64,000 nucleotides of DNA, from positions 934 through 64,933 of the forward strand of contig JAWOBO010000062.1 in NCBI GenBank assembly GCA_046484225.1, given 5' to 3'. The position numbers and the translations under genes are program-made. Source of the stretch: Candidatus Omnitrophota bacterium. Lineage in GTDB: Bacteria; Omnitrophota; Gorgyraeia; Duberdicusellales; 4484-171. The notes beneath the pieces are model-generated. The model had not been told where the DNA came from. It did no database searches and saw only the letters and a program-made list of their open reading frames with translations. This document shows positions 29,305 through 42,574 of the stretch, one piece after another. Each line of letters opens with the position of its first letter. Positions within the stretch are counted from its first letter, which is position 1.

Positions 29305-30237
29305 TTATTGATTTTGCTTGGTTAATCTAACAATGGCGCCCTTACTACCGGAAATATTTCCTCTTATAAAAATAACTTTTTTTTCTTTATCTACTTTTAA
29401 AACTTTTAAATTTTTAGTAACTCTATAAGCTGCGCCAAGATGACCTGGCATTTTTTTATTTTTTGCAATTTTAGAAGGAGTAGCAGAAGGACCTACTGAA
29501 CCTACCCGGCGATGCATTCCAGAACCATGGGAACTAGGTTGTCTTTGCATATTATGGCGTTTGATTGCACCTGCAAACCCTTTACCTTTGGTTTTTGACC
29601 GTACAGTTAGCAATTGACCTTGGCTAAAGATTTCAACCCCCAGATAACGAGACGGAGTTTTCTTTTCTTCCTCTGTTTGGCCTTTATCTAAACTTTTGTC
29701 TTCCTGCTTCCCTTCTTCAGGCACAGTTTCTTTAGCTTGATTGTTTTCTTTTTTATCTTCCTTTGCCTCTTCCTTGTCTTGCTCTTTTTTCACTGCCTTG
29801 TCTTGTTCCTTTACAGAATCATCTTTGCTTCCTTGTAAAGTTTCTTTTTGACTCTGCTCTTCTTTTCCAGCGTTGCCAATATTTTCAGGTTGATGAACCT
29901 CTTTCTTTTCTACTTTAGCTTGAGCGCTTTCAGGTTTTTTTTCTGATTCTTCTGAAAAAGAAAAATCTGCATCTTTTTCTATTTCTACTTCTTTAACAAG
30001 TTTGTAAGGAGGTACTCCAATTTTTTCAAAATAGCCTTTCTGAGGTTTTTTAACCTTCGAAATTTTTGTATCTTTGATCTTAAAGCATCCAATTTTAGCC
30101 CTTTGCTTGTTCGGATAAGTTATCTTCTCCAAAACACAAGCCGGCTCAACTTCAACTACAGTAGCAGGTATAAGCTCACCTTCCGGGCTAAACATTTGAG
30201 TCATTCCAATTTTCTTTCCAAAAATTTCTTTAATCAT
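29305..30237 (-). CDS. rplC: 50S ribosomal protein L3 with about 100 aa charged insertion
   Basis: GKKIGMTQ, KGKGFAGAIKRH, SHG..HRRVGS, KKMPGH; start ATG 30237. Confidence 0.95.
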   Translation of the reverse strand: MIKEIFGKKIGMTQMFSPEGELIPATVVEVEPACVLEKITYPNKQRAKIGCFKIKDTKISKVKKPQKGYFEKIGVPPYKLVKEVEIEKDADFSFSEESEKKPESAQAKVEKKEVHQPENIGNAGKEEQSQKETLQGSKDDSVKEQDKAVKKEQDKEEAKEDKKENNQAKETVPEEGKQEDKSLDKGQTEEEKKTPSRYLGVEIFSQGQLLTVRSKTKGKGFAGAIKRHNMQRQPSSHGSGMHRRVGSVGPSATPSKIAKNKKMPGHLGAAYRVTKNLKVLKVDKEKKVIFIRGNISGSKGAIVRLTKQNQ

Positions 30238-30255
30238 CTTTTTTCCTAAAATCTC

Positions 30256-30340
30256 CACACAGATTAGCACAGATTTATAATAGATTCACACAGATATTTT
30301 ATCTGTGTTTATCGGTAATTTTATCTGTGTGCATCTGTGT
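30256..30340. repeat. Inverted short-repeat element family C (CACAGAT/ATCTGTG), full copy
   Basis: About four CACAGAT-like units followed by about four ATCTGTG-like units. Confidence 0.85.
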
Positions 30341-30342
30341 TA

Positions 30343-30672
30343 TTACACTTCTTGCTTTATTTCTGCATTTACTCCGGCTGGTAAATTCAATCTTCTTAAT
30401 GCGTCTATTGTTTTTGCAGTCGGACTGTCTAGATCTAATATTCGCTTATGAACCGCAATCATAAACTGCTCTCTTGATTTTTTGTTAACATTAGTAGCTC
30501 TATTTACCGTATAAACCTTTTTCTTAGTAGGAATTGGTATCGGTCCATTAATTTTGGCACCAGTCCGAATAGCTACTTCTGTTATTTCCTTAGCAGAATT
30601 ATCAAGCAATCTATGATCAAAAGCTTTAAGCTTAATTCTAATTTTTAGTGGTGAACGCATTTTTTTCTCCAT
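30343..30672 (-). CDS. rpsJ: 30S ribosomal protein S10
   Basis: [32 protein letters not shown]. Confidence 0.97.
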   Translation of the reverse strand: MEKKMRSPLKIRIKLKAFDHRLLDNSAKEITEVAIRTGAKINGPIPIPTKKKVYTVNRATNVNKKSREQFMIAVHKRILDLDSPTAKTIDALRRLNLPAGVNAEIKQEV

Positions 30673-30690
30673 CTACAGTTATACTTTTTT

Positions 30691-30757
30691 GTTCGACGTT
30701 TGAAGTACACCGTTCAACGTTAAAAAGTTATTAAACGTAGAACTTTGAACCTAGAAC
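30691..30757. repeat. Inverted heptamer element (GTTYRAM / AACNTWG)
   Basis: GTTCGAC GTTTGAA..GTTCAAC GTT / AACGTAG AACTTTG AACCTAG AAC in tuf-rpsJ spacer. Confidence 0.6.
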
Positions 30758-30762
30758 GAATA

Positions 30763-31968
30763 TTATTCGATTATTTCTGTAACTAAACCAGCCCCTACAG
30801 TTCTTCCTCCTTCACGGATAGCAAATCTTAACTCTTTTTCACAAGCAACTGGTTGAAGCAAACTTACCTCTACTTCAACATTGTCACCGGGCATAACCAT
30901 TTCAACCCCTTCAGGTAACTTACAAGTACCAGTTACATCTGTAGTTCTAAAATAAAATTGCGGTCTATAACCTGAAAAAAATGGAGTATGCCTTCCACCT
31001 TCTTCTTTCTTTAATGCATAGACTTTTGCCTTAAATTTTTTATGAGGTGTAATTGATCCAGGCTTAGCAATAACCATTCCTCTTTCTGCCTGTTCTTTTT
31101 CTACCCCACGTAAAAGCAAACCAGCGTTATCTCCAGCTTGTGCCTCATCTAAGGTCTTTCTAAACATTTCAATTCCGGTAACTACAGTTTTTTTAGTTTC
31201 TTCTTTAATCCCAACTAGCTCGATCTCTTCACCAGTTTTAACTTTTCCTCTTTCAACTCTTCCGGTAGCAACTGTACCCCGGCCTGAGATAGAAAATATA
31301 TCTTCGATAGCCATAAGAAAGGGGCGATCTGTATCACGTTTTGGTTCTGGAAAATAATCATCAAAAGCCTGAATCAATTCTACAATTGGCTTGCAATTGT
31401 CAGAGTCAACATTTCCTCCGGTAGCATCTTCTAAGGCTTTAAGCGCAGAACCTTTTACAATTGGTATATCTTTGCCAGGAAATTCATACTTAGTAAGTAA
31501 ATCTCTTACTTCTTCTTCAACTAGCTCAACTAACTCAGGATCATCCATCTGATCAACCTTGTTAACAAACACTACAATCGCAGGAACATTAACCTGGCGC
31601 GCTAATAATAGGTGTTCTCTAGTTTGCGGCATAGGTCCATCTGTTGCAGCAACAACAAGTATTGCACCATCCATCTGAGCAGCACCAGTAATCATATTTT
31701 TAATGTAATCGGCATGGCCCGGACAATCGATATGCGCATAATGTCTTTTTTCTGTCTCATACTCAACGTGAGCAATATTAATAGTTACTCCACGTTCTTT
31801 CTCCTCAGGAGCTTTGTCAATATCTTCAAATTTCAAAGCTTGCCCCCCACCTTTTAATGCCAAGACCTGGGTAATGGCTGCAGTAAGGGTGGTCTTACCG
31901 TGATCTACGTGACCAATAGTCCCAATATTAAGATGGGGCTTTGATCTTACAAACTTCTCTTTTCCCAT
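30763..31968 (-). CDS. tuf: Elongation factor Tu
   Basis: [30 protein letters not shown]. Confidence 0.99.
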   Translation of the reverse strand: MGKEKFVRSKPHLNIGTIGHVDHGKTTLTAAITQVLALKGGGQALKFEDIDKAPEEKERGVTINIAHVEYETEKRHYAHIDCPGHADYIKNMITGAAQMDGAILVVAATDGPMPQTREHLLLARQVNVPAIVVFVNKVDQMDDPELVELVEEEVRDLLTKYEFPGKDIPIVKGSALKALEDATGGNVDSDNCKPIVELIQAFDDYFPEPKRDTDRPFLMAIEDIFSISGRGTVATGRVERGKVKTGEEIELVGIKEETKKTVVTGIEMFRKTLDEAQAGDNAGLLLRGVEKEQAERGMVIAKPGSITPHKKFKAKVYALKKEEGGRHTPFFSGYRPQFYFRTTDVTGTCKLPEGVEMVMPGDNVEVEVSLLQPVACEKELRFAIREGGRTVGAGLVTEIIE

Positions 31969-32039
31969 AAAGCACCTCCTTTTATCTCTTTTTTAAAAAC
32001 CTGTTTTTTATATTTTTCTCGCTACAATATTTATATATA

Positions 32040-34127
32040 TTATAAACCTAAAATCTTTGACAGTAATTCCTCGGGCACCTTTTGATAATATGAAGGCTCT
32101 ATTGTATATGAGGCTCTGCCCTGTGTCAAGTTCCGTAATGAGTCTGCATAATCAAAAGATTCGCTCAATGGAATCTCAACACTTACTGTTCGTAAATTTT
32201 TTCTTTCTTTAACTAAATGTATCTTTGCTCTTCTTGAATTGAGATCACCGATTACCTGAGAAAGATATTCCACCGGTGTAATAATTTCTAAATCCATAAT
32301 CGGCTCAAGTAATATCGACCGAGCTTTACGCAAACCTTCTTTAAATGCTAACTCTCCAGCAATTTTAAAACTTAGTTCAGAAGAATCTACTTCATGGTAT
32401 GAACCATCAATTAGTGTAACCTTTAGGTCAACCACAGGATAACCACCTAAGACACCACTTTCAGAAGCTTCATTAATACCTTCTTTCACCGAAGATATAA
32501 ACTCTTTAGGAATTACTCCTGATTTTATCTTGTTTTCAAAACTAATTCCAGTACCTTCTCCAGACGGTGCCATAACAATTTCAACATGCCCATACTGGCC
32601 TTGTCCTCCCCGCTGCTGAATGAACTTACCAGTAGCTTGAACCTTCTTGCTTACAGTTTCTTTATAAGCAACTTGAGGCTTACCTACTTTAGCTTGAACC
32701 TTAAATTCTCTCAATAATCTATCAACCATAATTGCAAGGTGAAGCTGGCCCATGCCGGATATAACATTTTGCCCAGTTTCCCGGTTATAAGTAACTTTAA
32801 AAGAAGGATCTTCATCGGCTAATTTTCTTAAAGCTCCAAACAATTTTTCCTGATCAGCTTTAGTTTTAGGTTCAATAGCTAAAGATACTACTGGTTCAGG
32901 AAATTTTATGCTTTCAATCATAACCGGATCTTTTTTCGTAGTAAGAGTATCACCGGTCATTGTACCCTTTAGGCCAGCCAAACAAACTATATCACCAGCT
33001 TTAGCATCTTTTATAATTTCCTGTTTATTAGCATGCATTTTTACAATTTTGTTAATTTTTTCGCTTTTTTGTTGAGTCACATTATAAATAGTTGCTGCAG
33101 AATCAACGCTGCCAGAATATATGCGCACATAAAATAGTTTGCCAACAAATGGATCGGTTGCTATCTTAAAACATAACGCACAAAATGAATCATCCGAACT
33201 TGCCTTAATTTCTTTTTCTTGGCCGCTTGATACGACTTTAGCTGAAACAGGCTTTACTTCCTTCGGTGAGGGTAGATAGTTACAAACAGCATCTAAAAGT
33301 TGTTGGATGCCTTTATTTTTTAAAGCTGAACCACAAAGCACAGTAACTAATTTATTTTCAATAACATATTTTCTAATTGCCGAGACTATTTCTTTTTTTT
33401 CGATTCTTTCTCCTTCAATAACCCTACTCATAAAAGTATCATCTAACTCAGCAATTTTTTCAATTATTAATTCTCTTTTTTTTGCAGAAATCTGCCTTAA
33501 CTCCTCCGGGATTTCTGCCTCTTTTATATTTTGCCCTAGCTTACCTTCATAGTACAAAGCTTTCTCTTCAATTAGATCAACTATTCCCTTAAATTGATCT
33601 TTATCGTAAATTGGTATCTGAAGAGCAACCGTAGGTATTTGAAATTTCTCTCTCATCTCAGAAACTACAGAAAAAAAGTCAGCTCCTTCTCTGTCCATTT
33701 TATTAACAAAACAAATTCGCGGAACATGGTATTTTTCTGCTTGACGCCAAACTGTCTCTGATTGTGGCTCTACTCCTGAGACACCACAAAAAATAACCAC
33801 TGCTCCATCTAGAACTTTTAAAGAACGTTCAACTTCAACTGTAAAATCAATATGGCCCGGTGTATCAATAATATTAATTTGATGATTTTCCCAACTACAA
33901 GAGGTAGCTGCGCTGGTTATGGTAATCCCTCTTTCTTTTTCCTGATGCATCCAATCAGTTACCGCGGTACCGTCATGAACTTCACCAATCTTATAAGTTC
34001 TTCCCGCATAAAAAAGAATCCTTTCTGTAACTGTAGTTTTACCAGCATCAATATGGGCTATAAAGCCAATATTTCTTATTTTACCAAGACTTTTTTCTTT
34101 ATTCATAACTAAATTTATATTTTCCAC
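32040..34127 (-). CDS. fusA: Elongation factor G
   Basis: [29 protein letters not shown]; start may be 34106. Confidence 0.98.
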   Translation of the reverse strand: MENINLVMNKEKSLGKIRNIGFIAHIDAGKTTVTERILFYAGRTYKIGEVHDGTAVTDWMHQEKERGITITSAATSCSWENHQINIIDTPGHIDFTVEVERSLKVLDGAVVIFCGVSGVEPQSETVWRQAEKYHVPRICFVNKMDREGADFFSVVSEMREKFQIPTVALQIPIYDKDQFKGIVDLIEEKALYYEGKLGQNIKEAEIPEELRQISAKKRELIIEKIAELDDTFMSRVIEGERIEKKEIVSAIRKYVIENKLVTVLCGSALKNKGIQQLLDAVCNYLPSPKEVKPVSAKVVSSGQEKEIKASSDDSFCALCFKIATDPFVGKLFYVRIYSGSVDSAATIYNVTQQKSEKINKIVKMHANKQEIIKDAKAGDIVCLAGLKGTMTGDTLTTKKDPVMIESIKFPEPVVSLAIEPKTKADQEKLFGALRKLADEDPSFKVTYNRETGQNVISGMGQLHLAIMVDRLLREFKVQAKVGKPQVAYKETVSKKVQATGKFIQQRGGQGQYGHVEIVMAPSGEGTGISFENKIKSGVIPKEFISSVKEGINEASESGVLGGYPVVDLKVTLIDGSYHEVDSSELSFKIAGELAFKEGLRKARSILLEPIMDLEIITPVEYLSQVIGDLNSRRAKIHLVKERKNLRTVSVEIPLSESFDYADSLRNLTQGRASYTIEPSYYQKVPEELLSKILGL

Positions 34128-34137
34128 TGCTTCTTAT

Positions 34138-34155
34138 ATCTGTGTTAATCTGTGT
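34138..34155. repeat. Family C half element
   Basis: ATCTGTGTTAATCTGTGT immediately behind rpsG stop. Confidence 0.6.
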
Positions 34156-34156
34156 T

Positions 34157-34624
34157 TTAATATTTGAAATGAGCGAAAGCTTTGTTTGACTCTGCCATCC
34201 TATGAGTATCCTGCTTCTTCTTAACAACTGGGCCTTCGTTATTATAAGCTGCTATGATTTCATCAGCAATTTTCTTTTCCATGGGTTGATTTTTTTTCTT
34301 TTTCGCAAAATCCTTAATCCAGCGTAAAGCGATAAAAATACCTTTTTCTTTAGGTACTTCTGTAGGAACTTGATAAGTTGCTCCCCCTACTCTCCGCGGC
34401 TTCACCGCCATCCGCGGCCGGGTGTTATCTAGAGCTGTAAAAAGGGCTTTTATTGGATCCTCTTTTACTTGCTTTGATACCGCATCAAAAGCATTATAAA
34501 CAATCCTTTGTGCTTTGCTCTTTTTTCCGTCAACCATAATGATATTAATAAAATGACCTAGTATAGGATTACCGTATTTTGGATCCGGTTTTCTTTCTCT
34601 TTTAGGTGCTCTATGTCTTCTCAT
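34157..34624 (-). CDS. rpsG: 30S ribosomal protein S7
   Basis: DGKKS, RRVGGATYQVP, HRMAESNKAFAH. Confidence 0.97.
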   Translation of the reverse strand: MRRHRAPKRERKPDPKYGNPILGHFINIIMVDGKKSKAQRIVYNAFDAVSKQVKEDPIKALFTALDNTRPRMAVKPRRVGGATYQVPTEVPKEKGIFIALRWIKDFAKKKKNQPMEKKIADEIIAAYNNEGPVVKKKQDTHRMAESNKAFAHFKY

Positions 34625-34650
34625 TTTAATCTCCTCTTTAATAATAATTC

Positions 34651-34737
34651 GTCATTGCGAGGAACGAAGTGACGAAGCAATCTCTAAGACCAAGATTGCT
34701 TCGCTTCATTCGCTTTGCTCATTTCGCTCGCAATGAC
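34651..34737. repeat. Palindromic element family B variant (GTCATTGCGAG...CTCGCAATGAC)
   Basis: Perfect 11-bp terminal IR; inner CGAAGCAATCT/AGATTGCTTCG IR. Confidence 0.9.
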
Positions 34738-34783
34738 AACGAAATTATACTTACAATAACAACATAAAAAGCTACTCACCAAT

Positions 34784-35161
34784 TTATTTTTTCTTTGGCC
34801 TTTTTGTCCCGTATTTAGAACGAGAACGCTTGCGATCCTGGACACCTTGGCAATCTAAGGCCCCTCTAACAATATGGTATCTTACACCAGGAAGATCTTT
34901 AACTCTTCCGCCCCTCACCAAAACCATGGAGTGTTCTTGCAAATTATGTCCTTCACCAGGAATATAAGCAGTTACCTCATGGCGATTAGTAAGACGAACC
35001 CGGGCTATTTTTCTTAAAGCTGAATTCGGCTTCTTAGGCGTTGCTGTTCTTACTTGAATACAAACCCCACGTCTCTGCGGAGCCTTGCCTAAAGCCGGGG
35101 ATTTAGTTTTTTTCCTTAATTTAGCTCTTGGTTTTTTAATCAATTGATTTATTGTTGGCAT
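34784..35161 (-). CDS. rpsL: 30S ribosomal protein S12
   Basis: [27 protein letters not shown]. Confidence 0.98.
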   Translation of the reverse strand: MPTINQLIKKPRAKLRKKTKSPALGKAPQRRGVCIQVRTATPKKPNSALRKIARVRLTNRHEVTAYIPGEGHNLQEHSMVLVRGGRVKDLPGVRYHIVRGALDCQGVQDRKRSRSKYGTKRPKKK

Positions 35162-38100
35162 TTCTCTACTTCAACCTCCCTGTACCTTTTTAACCCTGTT
35201 CCTGCTGGTATTAAGTGACCTACTATTACATTCTCTTTTAAACCCTTTAGTGAATCAACTTTTCCTGCTGATGAGGCATCTGCTAAAATTCTAGTTGTTT
35301 CTTGGAAACTAGCTGCGGAGATAAAACTTTTGGTGCTTAAAGATGCTTTAGTTATACCAAGTAACATCGGCTGAGCTGTGGCAGGCCTTCCGCCTTTTTT
35401 AATAATTGCTTCATTGGCTTTACGAAAATCCCACTTATCGATACCTTCATCAGGCAAATAATCACTATCCCCGGGATCAACAATTTTTACTTTTTTAAGC
35501 ATCTCTCGAATGACTACTTCAATGTGTTTATCGTTAATCTTTACTCCCTGCAATCTATATATTTCTTGTACTTCATTTACTAAATAACTCTGCAACACTT
35601 TATCGCCACAAACACTTAGAATATCTTGCAACACCACCGGGCCTTCGGTAAGTTGCTGGCCAGCTGCCACCTTATCACCGCGATAAACAATAGGATGGGT
35701 ACCAGTAGGAATTTTATATTCCCGGCTCATTCCCGTGGGGCTGCGCACAATAACTTTACGTTGACCTTTTTTTTCGGTAAATTCGACAAAACCATCAATC
35801 TCACTAATAATCGCAGGATTTTTCGGGCGTCTAGCTTCAAAAAGCTCCGCTACTCTAGGAAGGCCACCGGTAATATCTCTAGTCTTTTCAACCAAACGGG
35901 GTGTTTTCGCAATAATATCACCAGCCTCGACCGGGGCTCCTTCTTCAAGCATGATATGAGCTCCAGTAGGTAAAGGATATATTCCTAGGACTTCTTCAGA
36001 ATCTTCAGAAACTATCAATATTTGAGGATGATAGTCACCCTTAAACTCTACCACCACCCTTTCTTTTCGTCCGGTTGCAACATTCATTTCTTCTTGAATG
36101 GTCATTTTATCGATGATATCTTCATATTTTATTTTTCCGGTTACCTCAGAAAGAATCGGAGAAGAAAATGGATCCCACTTTACAAAAGTTTTACCCTTTG
36201 CAACTTCATTCCCTTCGGCAACCATTATAAAAGCTCCGTGAGGAACAGGATTTCTTTGTAGTTCAATTCCCTGGGGGTCATTTACGCTAATCATCCCATT
36301 TCTATTTAAAACAATAAATTGATTTCCTTTCTTGACTACTTTTAAATTATGAAACTTCACTACACCTTTATTTCTAGCCTTGACAAAAGCACGTTCCGCA
36401 ACTCTTGAAGCAGTACCGCCAATATGGAAAGTTCTCATAGTAAGCTGAGTACCGGGCTCTCCTATTGATTGAGCTGCAATTACTCCAACAGCTTCACCTA
36501 CCTCAACTAATTTGCGAGTCGCTAGATTCCTTCCGTAGCACTTAGCGCATACGCCTCTTTCTGATTCACAAGTAAGCACGCTTCTTATTCTTATTTTTTC
36601 TAAACCTAATTTATCAATTTTATCTGCTTTTTCCTCTGATATCTCTTCGCCAGCTTTAACAATAACTTCATCACTTACAATATCTACTATATTATCAACA
36701 GCAACTCTGCCTACAATTCTTTCTTTTAAGGTTACCACAACTTCTTCGCCTTCAACAATTTCAGAGACAGTAATTCCATTTACTGTTTTACAATCATCTT
36801 CAACGATTATTACTTCTTGAGAAACATCGACTAGACGCCGAGTAAGATAACCAGCATCTGCTGTTTTTAAAGCGGTGTCAGCCAAACCCTTTCGTGCCCC
36901 GTGAGTAGAGATAAAATATTCTAATGCTGATAACCCTTCTTTAAAATTTGAAGTTATCGGAATTTCAATAATTTCACCTGACGGCTTAGCCATAAGCCCT
37001 CTCATGCCAGCAAGCTGTCTAACCTGCAACTTAGATCCACGAGCTCCAGAATCAGCCATCATAAAAACCGGATTAAGCTTGCTCATATTGTTAAAAACCA
37101 AATCGGTAACTTTATCCGTAGTTCTAGTCCAAATATCAATAATTTTATTGTGGCGTTCCCGTTGAGTAATAATGCCTCTTTTATATTGACTATCAACCTT
37201 AGCCAGTTCTTTGTTGGCTTCTTCTATAGATTCATACTTCTGTTTGGGAACCTCCAGGTCATTGTTGGATATACTTATACCTCCTAAGGTTGCATATTCA
37301 AAACCTAAATCTTTAATCTTATCTAAAAGCTCAATAACCGCATTGTGGCCAAACTGATCATAACAATCATCAATAATTTTAGATATCTTTTTCTTATCTA
37401 GGAGTTCATTAACAAACCTAAAGCCCTTAGGTAAAACTCTATTAAATATTACTCTGCCTACAGTTGTTTCAACAATCTTTTTCTCCTCATTTCTTTTAAG
37501 GAAAAATTTAATTTTAGTGGGTATTTTTACCTCATCATCTTGATAGGCGGTTACTACCTCATCAGAGCTTCCAAAAGTTATTCCTTGCCCTTTTTCACCG
37601 TCAGTTTCTGTAGTAAGATAACGGCAACCAATAACCATATCTTGAGAAGGCACAATAACCGGCCTTGAATCGGAAGGAGAAAAAATATTATGCACCGATA
37701 ACATCAACAACTTTGCTTCGGCTTGCGCCTCCAAAGATAGCGGGAGATGAACAGCCATCTGGTCTCCGTCAAAATCAGCATTAAAAGGCGCGCAAACTAA
37801 AGGATGTAGCTTAATTGCTTTACCTTCTACTAGAGTAGGATAAAAAGCTTGGATTCCGAGACGATGAAGAGTAGGAGCTCTATTTAATAAAACAGGATGT
37901 CCTTTGATTACATCTTCTAAGATATCCCAAACTTCAATCCGGGCTCTCTCAACCATTCGGCGCGCACCGCGAATTGTATGAACAAACCCTTTTTCCCGTA
38001 ATTTTTTAATGATAAATGGCTCAACTAACTCAAGAGCCATCTCTTTAGGCAAACCGCACTGATGAAGCTTTAGTTCAGGGCCTACCACAATTACACTTCT

Positions 38101-39123
38101 TCCGGAATAGTCAACCCGCTTTCCTAATAAGTTTTGTCTAAAACGGCCTTGTTTGCCTTTAAGCATATCAGAAAGGCTCTTAAGCGGCCGATTTTGCGGG
38201 CCCATAACTGGCCTGCCGTGGCGTCCATTTTCTAAAACAGCATCAACTGCCTCTTGAAGCATTCTTTTTTCGTTACGGATAATTATCTCAGGCGCACCCA
38301 GGGACATTAACTTCTTAAGACGATTATTTCTGTTAATAACTCTTCTGTAAAGATCATTTAAATCAGATGAAGCAAACCTGCCCCCTTCAAGTGGAACCAA
38401 GGGACGTAAGTCAGGCGGAATAACCGGCAAAATATTTAACACCATCCATTCAGGTTTGTTTCCAGAACGGCGTAAATCTTCTACAATTTTAAGCCTTTTT
38501 AAAAGCCTTTTATTAGCAGCTTTTTTACTTTTTCCGATTTTTTTCCTAATATTGCGGCCAACCTTAGCTAAGTCTAGCCTCTTTAGAAGCTCTCGGATAG
38601 CTTCGGCCCCAATCATTATCTTTACTTCCGGACCGTATTCAGTTTGAGTGTCAAAATATTCCTCTTGACTGATAAGTTGTTTTTCTTTTAACTTTGAAGA
38701 TCCAGGATCAACAACTACATATTCTTCATAGTAGATAATTTTTTCCAACTCTTTTATGCTTAATCCTAAAATAGCTCCTAATCTGGAAGGTAAAACTTTA
38801 AAAAACCAGATATGAGTAACTGGGGTAGCTAGGTCGATATGGCCCATCCGCTGACGCCGCACCGACGAATGAAGAACTTCAACTCCACAGCGATTGCATT
38901 TTGTCCCTTTAAATTTTATCCCTTTTAGCTTCCCGCAATGGCACTCCCAATCTTTAGCCGGGCCAAAAATTCTTTCGCAAAAAAGTCCGTCTTTTTCAGG
39001 CTTAAGGGTCCGATAGTTAAGAGTCTCGGCTTTTTTGATCTCACCTGCCGACCAACTCCTCATATTTTCATTTGAAGCTAATTTTATACTTATTCGGTCA
39101 AAAAAACCTACTTCCTCAATCAT
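35149..39123 (-). CDS. rpoC: RNA polymerase beta' subunit
   Basis: NADFDGD, Zn ribbon, [25 protein letters not shown]. Confidence 0.99.
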   Translation of the reverse strand: MIEEVGFFDRISIKLASNENMRSWSAGEIKKAETLNYRTLKPEKDGLFCERIFGPAKDWECHCGKLKGIKFKGTKCNRCGVEVLHSSVRRQRMGHIDLATPVTHIWFFKVLPSRLGAILGLSIKELEKIIYYEEYVVVDPGSSKLKEKQLISQEEYFDTQTEYGPEVKIMIGAEAIRELLKRLDLAKVGRNIRKKIGKSKKAANKRLLKRLKIVEDLRRSGNKPEWMVLNILPVIPPDLRPLVPLEGGRFASSDLNDLYRRVINRNNRLKKLMSLGAPEIIIRNEKRMLQEAVDAVLENGRHGRPVMGPQNRPLKSLSDMLKGKQGRFRQNLLGKRVDYSGRSVIVVGPELKLHQCGLPKEMALELVEPFIIKKLREKGFVHTIRGARRMVERARIEVWDILEDVIKGHPVLLNRAPTLHRLGIQAFYPTLVEGKAIKLHPLVCAPFNADFDGDQMAVHLPLSLEAQAEAKLLMLSVHNIFSPSDSRPVIVPSQDMVIGCRYLTTETDGEKGQGITFGSSDEVVTAYQDDEVKIPTKIKFFLKRNEEKKIVETTVGRVIFNRVLPKGFRFVNELLDKKKISKIIDDCYDQFGHNAVIELLDKIKDLGFEYATLGGISISNNDLEVPKQKYESIEEANKELAKVDSQYKRGIITQRERHNKIIDIWTRTTDKVTDLVFNNMSKLNPVFMMADSGARGSKLQVRQLAGMRGLMAKPSGEIIEIPITSNFKEGLSALEYFISTHGARKGLADTALKTADAGYLTRRLVDVSQEVIIVEDDCKTVNGITVSEIVEGEEVVVTLKERIVGRVAVDNIVDIVSDEVIVKAGEEISEEKADKIDKLGLEKIRIRSVLTCESERGVCAKCYGRNLATRKLVEVGEAVGVIAAQSIGEPGTQLTMRTFHIGGTASRVAERAFVKARNKGVVKFHNLKVVKKGNQFIVLNRNGMISVNDPQGIELQRNPVPHGAFIMVAEGNEVAKGKTFVKWDPFSSPILSEVTGKIKYEDIIDKMTIQEEMNVATGRKERVVVEFKGDYHPQILIVSEDSEEVLGIYPLPTGAHIMLEEGAPVEAGDIIAKTPRLVEKTRDITGGLPRVAELFEARRPKNPAIISEIDGFVEFTEKKGQRKVIVRSPTGMSREYKIPTGTHPIVYRGDKVAAGQQLTEGPVVLQDILSVCGDKVLQSYLVNEVQEIYRLQGVKINDKHIEVVIREMLKKVKIVDPGDSDYLPDEGIDKWDFRKANEAIIKKGGRPATAQPMLLGITKASLSTKSFISAASFQETTRILADASSAGKVDSLKGLKENVIVGHLIPAGTGLKRYREVEVEKCQQ

Positions 39124-42100
39124 TTTTTCTCCTTTTCTGCTTTAATATCTAAACAAAGCCCCTGAAGCTCTTTTACTAAAACATTAAAAGATTCAGGAAC
39201 CGAAGGCCGAAACTTTTGTTCGCCTCTCACAATAGCTTCATAGATACGCGTTCTTCCTTCTACATCATCACTTTTTACAGTAAGCATCTCTTGTAAGGTA
39301 AATGCTGCCCCATATGCTTCAAGAGCCCAAACTTCCATCTCTCCAAAACGTTGCCCGCCAAACTGGGCTTTCCCGCCTAAAGGCTGTTGAGTAATCAATG
39401 AGTAAGGCCCAATGGCTCGAGCGTGAATTTTTTCATCAACCATATGAATTAGTTTCATAATATACATATAGCCTGCCCCTACCTTTTGGGCAAAACGCTT
39501 TCCAGTATAACCATCATACAAAACAACTTTTCCGTCTTCCGGTAAATTAGCCTTTCTAAATAAGTCTTTTATATCTTCCGGGCTAGCCCCATCAAAAACT
39601 GGTGTCTCAACCCTGATATTCAGTTTCTTTGCTGCCCAGCCAAGATGCATCTCAAGCAACTGGCCTACATTCATTCGCGAAGGAACTCCTAAAGGATTAA
39701 GTAAAATATCCATTGGCGTACCATCTTCTAGGTATGGCATATCTTCCTCTGGTAAAACTTTTGAGATAACCCCCTTATTTCCGTGGCGGCCAGACAACTT
39801 GTCACCTGCTGAAATCTTTCTTTTTATTGCCACAAACACCACTATTCTTTTTAATACTCCGGCTGGCAATTCATCGCCTTTTTTCACCTTTAAAAGTTCT
39901 AGATCTTTTTCCATCATTAACTCATTGTACCTTTGATCGTATAAGTTAACTATTGTATTTGCTTCTTCGTTTTCTTGCCAATCACGCGCTTTTATCTTCT
40001 TCTCTGGTTTACCTAAAACAGTACTTAGCCTTTTTAGCTTTTCTTTTTCCAGTATCTCTTTTTCTTCCTCATAGTATTGTTCAATTTCTCTGGTACGTTG
40101 AAGCTCAACTGTTTTTTCTTTTTTCGAACGTCTGCCTCTTGCTTTTCTTTGAAAAACTTCTACGTTAGTTACCACCCCTTTAATCCCAGGAGGTACTCTC
40201 AGTGAACTATCTTTAACATCAGCTGCTTTTTCACCAAAAATAGCCCGTAACAGTCTTTCCTCAGGTGAAAGCTCTTTTTCTGTCTTCGGTGTAACTCTTC
40301 CCACTAAAATATCATCAGAAGCAATTTCAGCACCAATCCTTACTATCCCTTCAGAATCTAGGTCACTCAATGCTTCTTCTCCTACATTAGGAATATCGCG
40401 GGTAACCTCTTCGTTGCCTAATCTGGTTTCTCTAGCTTCAACCTCAAACTTCTCAATATGAATAGAAGTAAGTACATCATCTTTTACTAAACGTTCGCTA
40501 ATGACTATCGCATCTTCAAAGTTGTAACCTCTCCAAGGCATAAAACCAACTAAAAGATTAGTTCCCAGTGAAATATCCCCTTCTTTAGTAGCTATTCCGT
40601 CGGCTATAATATCTCCTCGTTTTAATTTTTGGCCTTTCTTAACTAAAGGAGTCTGGTTTATACAAGTATTAGCGTTAGTCCGATAAAACTTTTTTAATTT
40701 ATACGTATAGTTGTCTATTTTTATCGAAGAACTATCGACCGCAGTAACTTCGCCAGATTCTTCGGTAACTACAGCGGCGCCGCTATCTTTGGCAACTTTT
40801 TGTTCCAAGCCAGTTCCAGCTAAAGGAGCCTCTGGGAAAAGCAAAGGAACCGCCTGCCGCTGCATATTAGATCCCATCAAAGCTCGATTAGCATCATCGT
40901 GTTCTAGGAAAGGAATCAATGACGATGAAACTGACATAATTTGTTGAGCTGAAACATCAATGTATTCAAGCTTTTTTGGTGAAACTTTAGGAAAATTACC
41001 TTGAAAGCGGGCATAAATTTCTGAATCCAAAATCTTGCCCTTTGAGTCCACATTAGAGGTAATTTGGCCTACCATTTTATTTTCTTCTACATCACTCAAT
41101 AAATATTCAATTTTATTTTTGATTTTACCGTCTGCAACCGGCCGATAAGGAGTAGCGAGAAAACCCATAGAGTTAATCTTTGCATAAGTAGTCAAAGAAG
41201 TAAGCAAACCAATATTAGCTCCTTCTGGTGTTTCAATCGGACAAACTCGGCCGTAATGAGTAGGATGGACATCTCTTACTTCAAATCCGGCTCTTTCCCG
41301 AGAGAGGCCTCCGGGCCCCATTGCTGACAATCTTCTCTTGTGAGTCATCTCAGCTATTGGATTTGTTTGATCCATAAATTGTGAAAGCGGCGAACGAGCA
41401 AAAAAATCTTTGATCTGACTAGAAAATGCTTTTGAATTGATTAAATGTTGAATAGAAAATTCTCCTGAAGAAACTAATGAATAACGTTCAGTAAAAGTTC
41501 TTTCTACCCTCAGAAGTCCAATCCTTACTTGATGCTGAAGAAGCTCACCAATTAACTTAACCCTTCGATTAGATAAATGATCTATATCGTCGGTATCTTT
41601 TTTGCCGGCTTTTACCTCTAGAAGATGCTTAATCGCTGCAACCATTGTCTCTAGATCAAGAGTTCTCCTAGATAAGCGGCTATCCATACCTAATTTTTTA
41701 TTCATAAGAAACCTGCCCACTCGGCCTAAATCATACCGACGCGGATCAAGAAACATTCGGTTAAATACTTCTTTAGCTACCTCAAGGGCGACTGGCTCTG
41801 TGGGGCGCATTTTTTTATAAAACTCTAGATAAGCCTCTTCGGTATTGGTAGTTAAATCTTTTTTGACAGTATTTACTATTTCCGGATAAGGTTTATCGGA
41901 AAAATGCTTATATATTTCATCGCTAGTGGATAATCCCATTATTCGCAAAATTTGAGTAGCAGGAAAAGTTTTTCTCCTGTCGACAACAGCAGTTATGGTA
42001 TCAGCTACATCAGCTCTAAACTCTAGCCAATAACCACGGTAAGGAATCATCCGGCCAAAATAAATACGTTTACCTGCGGTATGTAGTTGTTCTTCAAAAA

Positions 42101-42539
42101 ATATCCCTGGTGATCTTTGCAGCTGACTGATTATAGCCCTTTCATCTCCATTTATAATAAAAGATGCAGTAGGAGTCATAAGAGGAATTTCGCCTAGATA
42201 GATCTCTTGCTCGCGAATATCAGAAGAAAGACCAACAAGACGCAACCGTACTCTTAAAGAAGAGGAATAAGTCTGAGACCTTCTTTTGCACTCCTCAATT
42301 GTGTAACGAGGCCTGCCTAAAGTATAAGAAACAAATTCTAGACTGCATTGGTTGTCCGGGCTTTTCATCGGGAATACTTCTTGAAGTATCTCCTGTAAGC
42401 CAGTCTTCTTCCTCTTCTCAGGTAAAACATTCACTTGCAAAAACTCTTTATAAGAACGCAACTGATGGCTAAGTAAATTAGCCATAGGAGGACTGTTTTT
42501 AATTTTAGCAAAAGAAACTTTTTTACTCTTCTTTACCAT
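39120..42539 (-). CDS. rpoB: RNA polymerase beta subunit
   Basis: [44 protein letters not shown]. Confidence 0.99.
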   Translation of the reverse strand: MVKKSKKVSFAKIKNSPPMANLLSHQLRSYKEFLQVNVLPEKRKKTGLQEILQEVFPMKSPDNQCSLEFVSYTLGRPRYTIEECKRRSQTYSSSLRVRLRLVGLSSDIREQEIYLGEIPLMTPTASFIINGDERAIISQLQRSPGIFFEEQLHTAGKRIYFGRMIPYRGYWLEFRADVADTITAVVDRRKTFPATQILRIMGLSTSDEIYKHFSDKPYPEIVNTVKKDLTTNTEEAYLEFYKKMRPTEPVALEVAKEVFNRMFLDPRRYDLGRVGRFLMNKKLGMDSRLSRRTLDLETMVAAIKHLLEVKAGKKDTDDIDHLSNRRVKLIGELLQHQVRIGLLRVERTFTERYSLVSSGEFSIQHLINSKAFSSQIKDFFARSPLSQFMDQTNPIAEMTHKRRLSAMGPGGLSRERAGFEVRDVHPTHYGRVCPIETPEGANIGLLTSLTTYAKINSMGFLATPYRPVADGKIKNKIEYLLSDVEENKMVGQITSNVDSKGKILDSEIYARFQGNFPKVSPKKLEYIDVSAQQIMSVSSSLIPFLEHDDANRALMGSNMQRQAVPLLFPEAPLAGTGLEQKVAKDSGAAVVTEESGEVTAVDSSSIKIDNYTYKLKKFYRTNANTCINQTPLVKKGQKLKRGDIIADGIATKEGDISLGTNLLVGFMPWRGYNFEDAIVISERLVKDDVLTSIHIEKFEVEARETRLGNEEVTRDIPNVGEEALSDLDSEGIVRIGAEIASDDILVGRVTPKTEKELSPEERLLRAIFGEKAADVKDSSLRVPPGIKGVVTNVEVFQRKARGRRSKKEKTVELQRTREIEQYYEEEKEILEKEKLKRLSTVLGKPEKKIKARDWQENEEANTIVNLYDQRYNELMMEKDLELLKVKKGDELPAGVLKRIVVFVAIKRKISAGDKLSGRHGNKGVISKVLPEEDMPYLEDGTPMDILLNPLGVPSRMNVGQLLEMHLGWAAKKLNIRVETPVFDGASPEDIKDLFRKANLPEDGKVVLYDGYTGKRFAQKVGAGYMYIMKLIHMVDEKIHARAIGPYSLITQQPLGGKAQFGGQRFGEMEVWALEAYGAAFTLQEMLTVKSDDVEGRTRIYEAIVRGEQKFRPSVPESFNVLVKELQGLCLDIKAEKEKK

Positions 42540-42574
42540 AGTTCTCCTCGTTTATTTATTAATAACTAAATCTC

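Noticed and set aside
29653-29955. Intein in rplC
   Set aside because: No C/S start with HN end and no splicing blocks; low-complexity sequence.
39120-42539. Short RpoB (1139 aa) as a truncated gene
   Set aside because: All conserved blocks are present in one frame; length likely reflects missing lineage-specific inserts.
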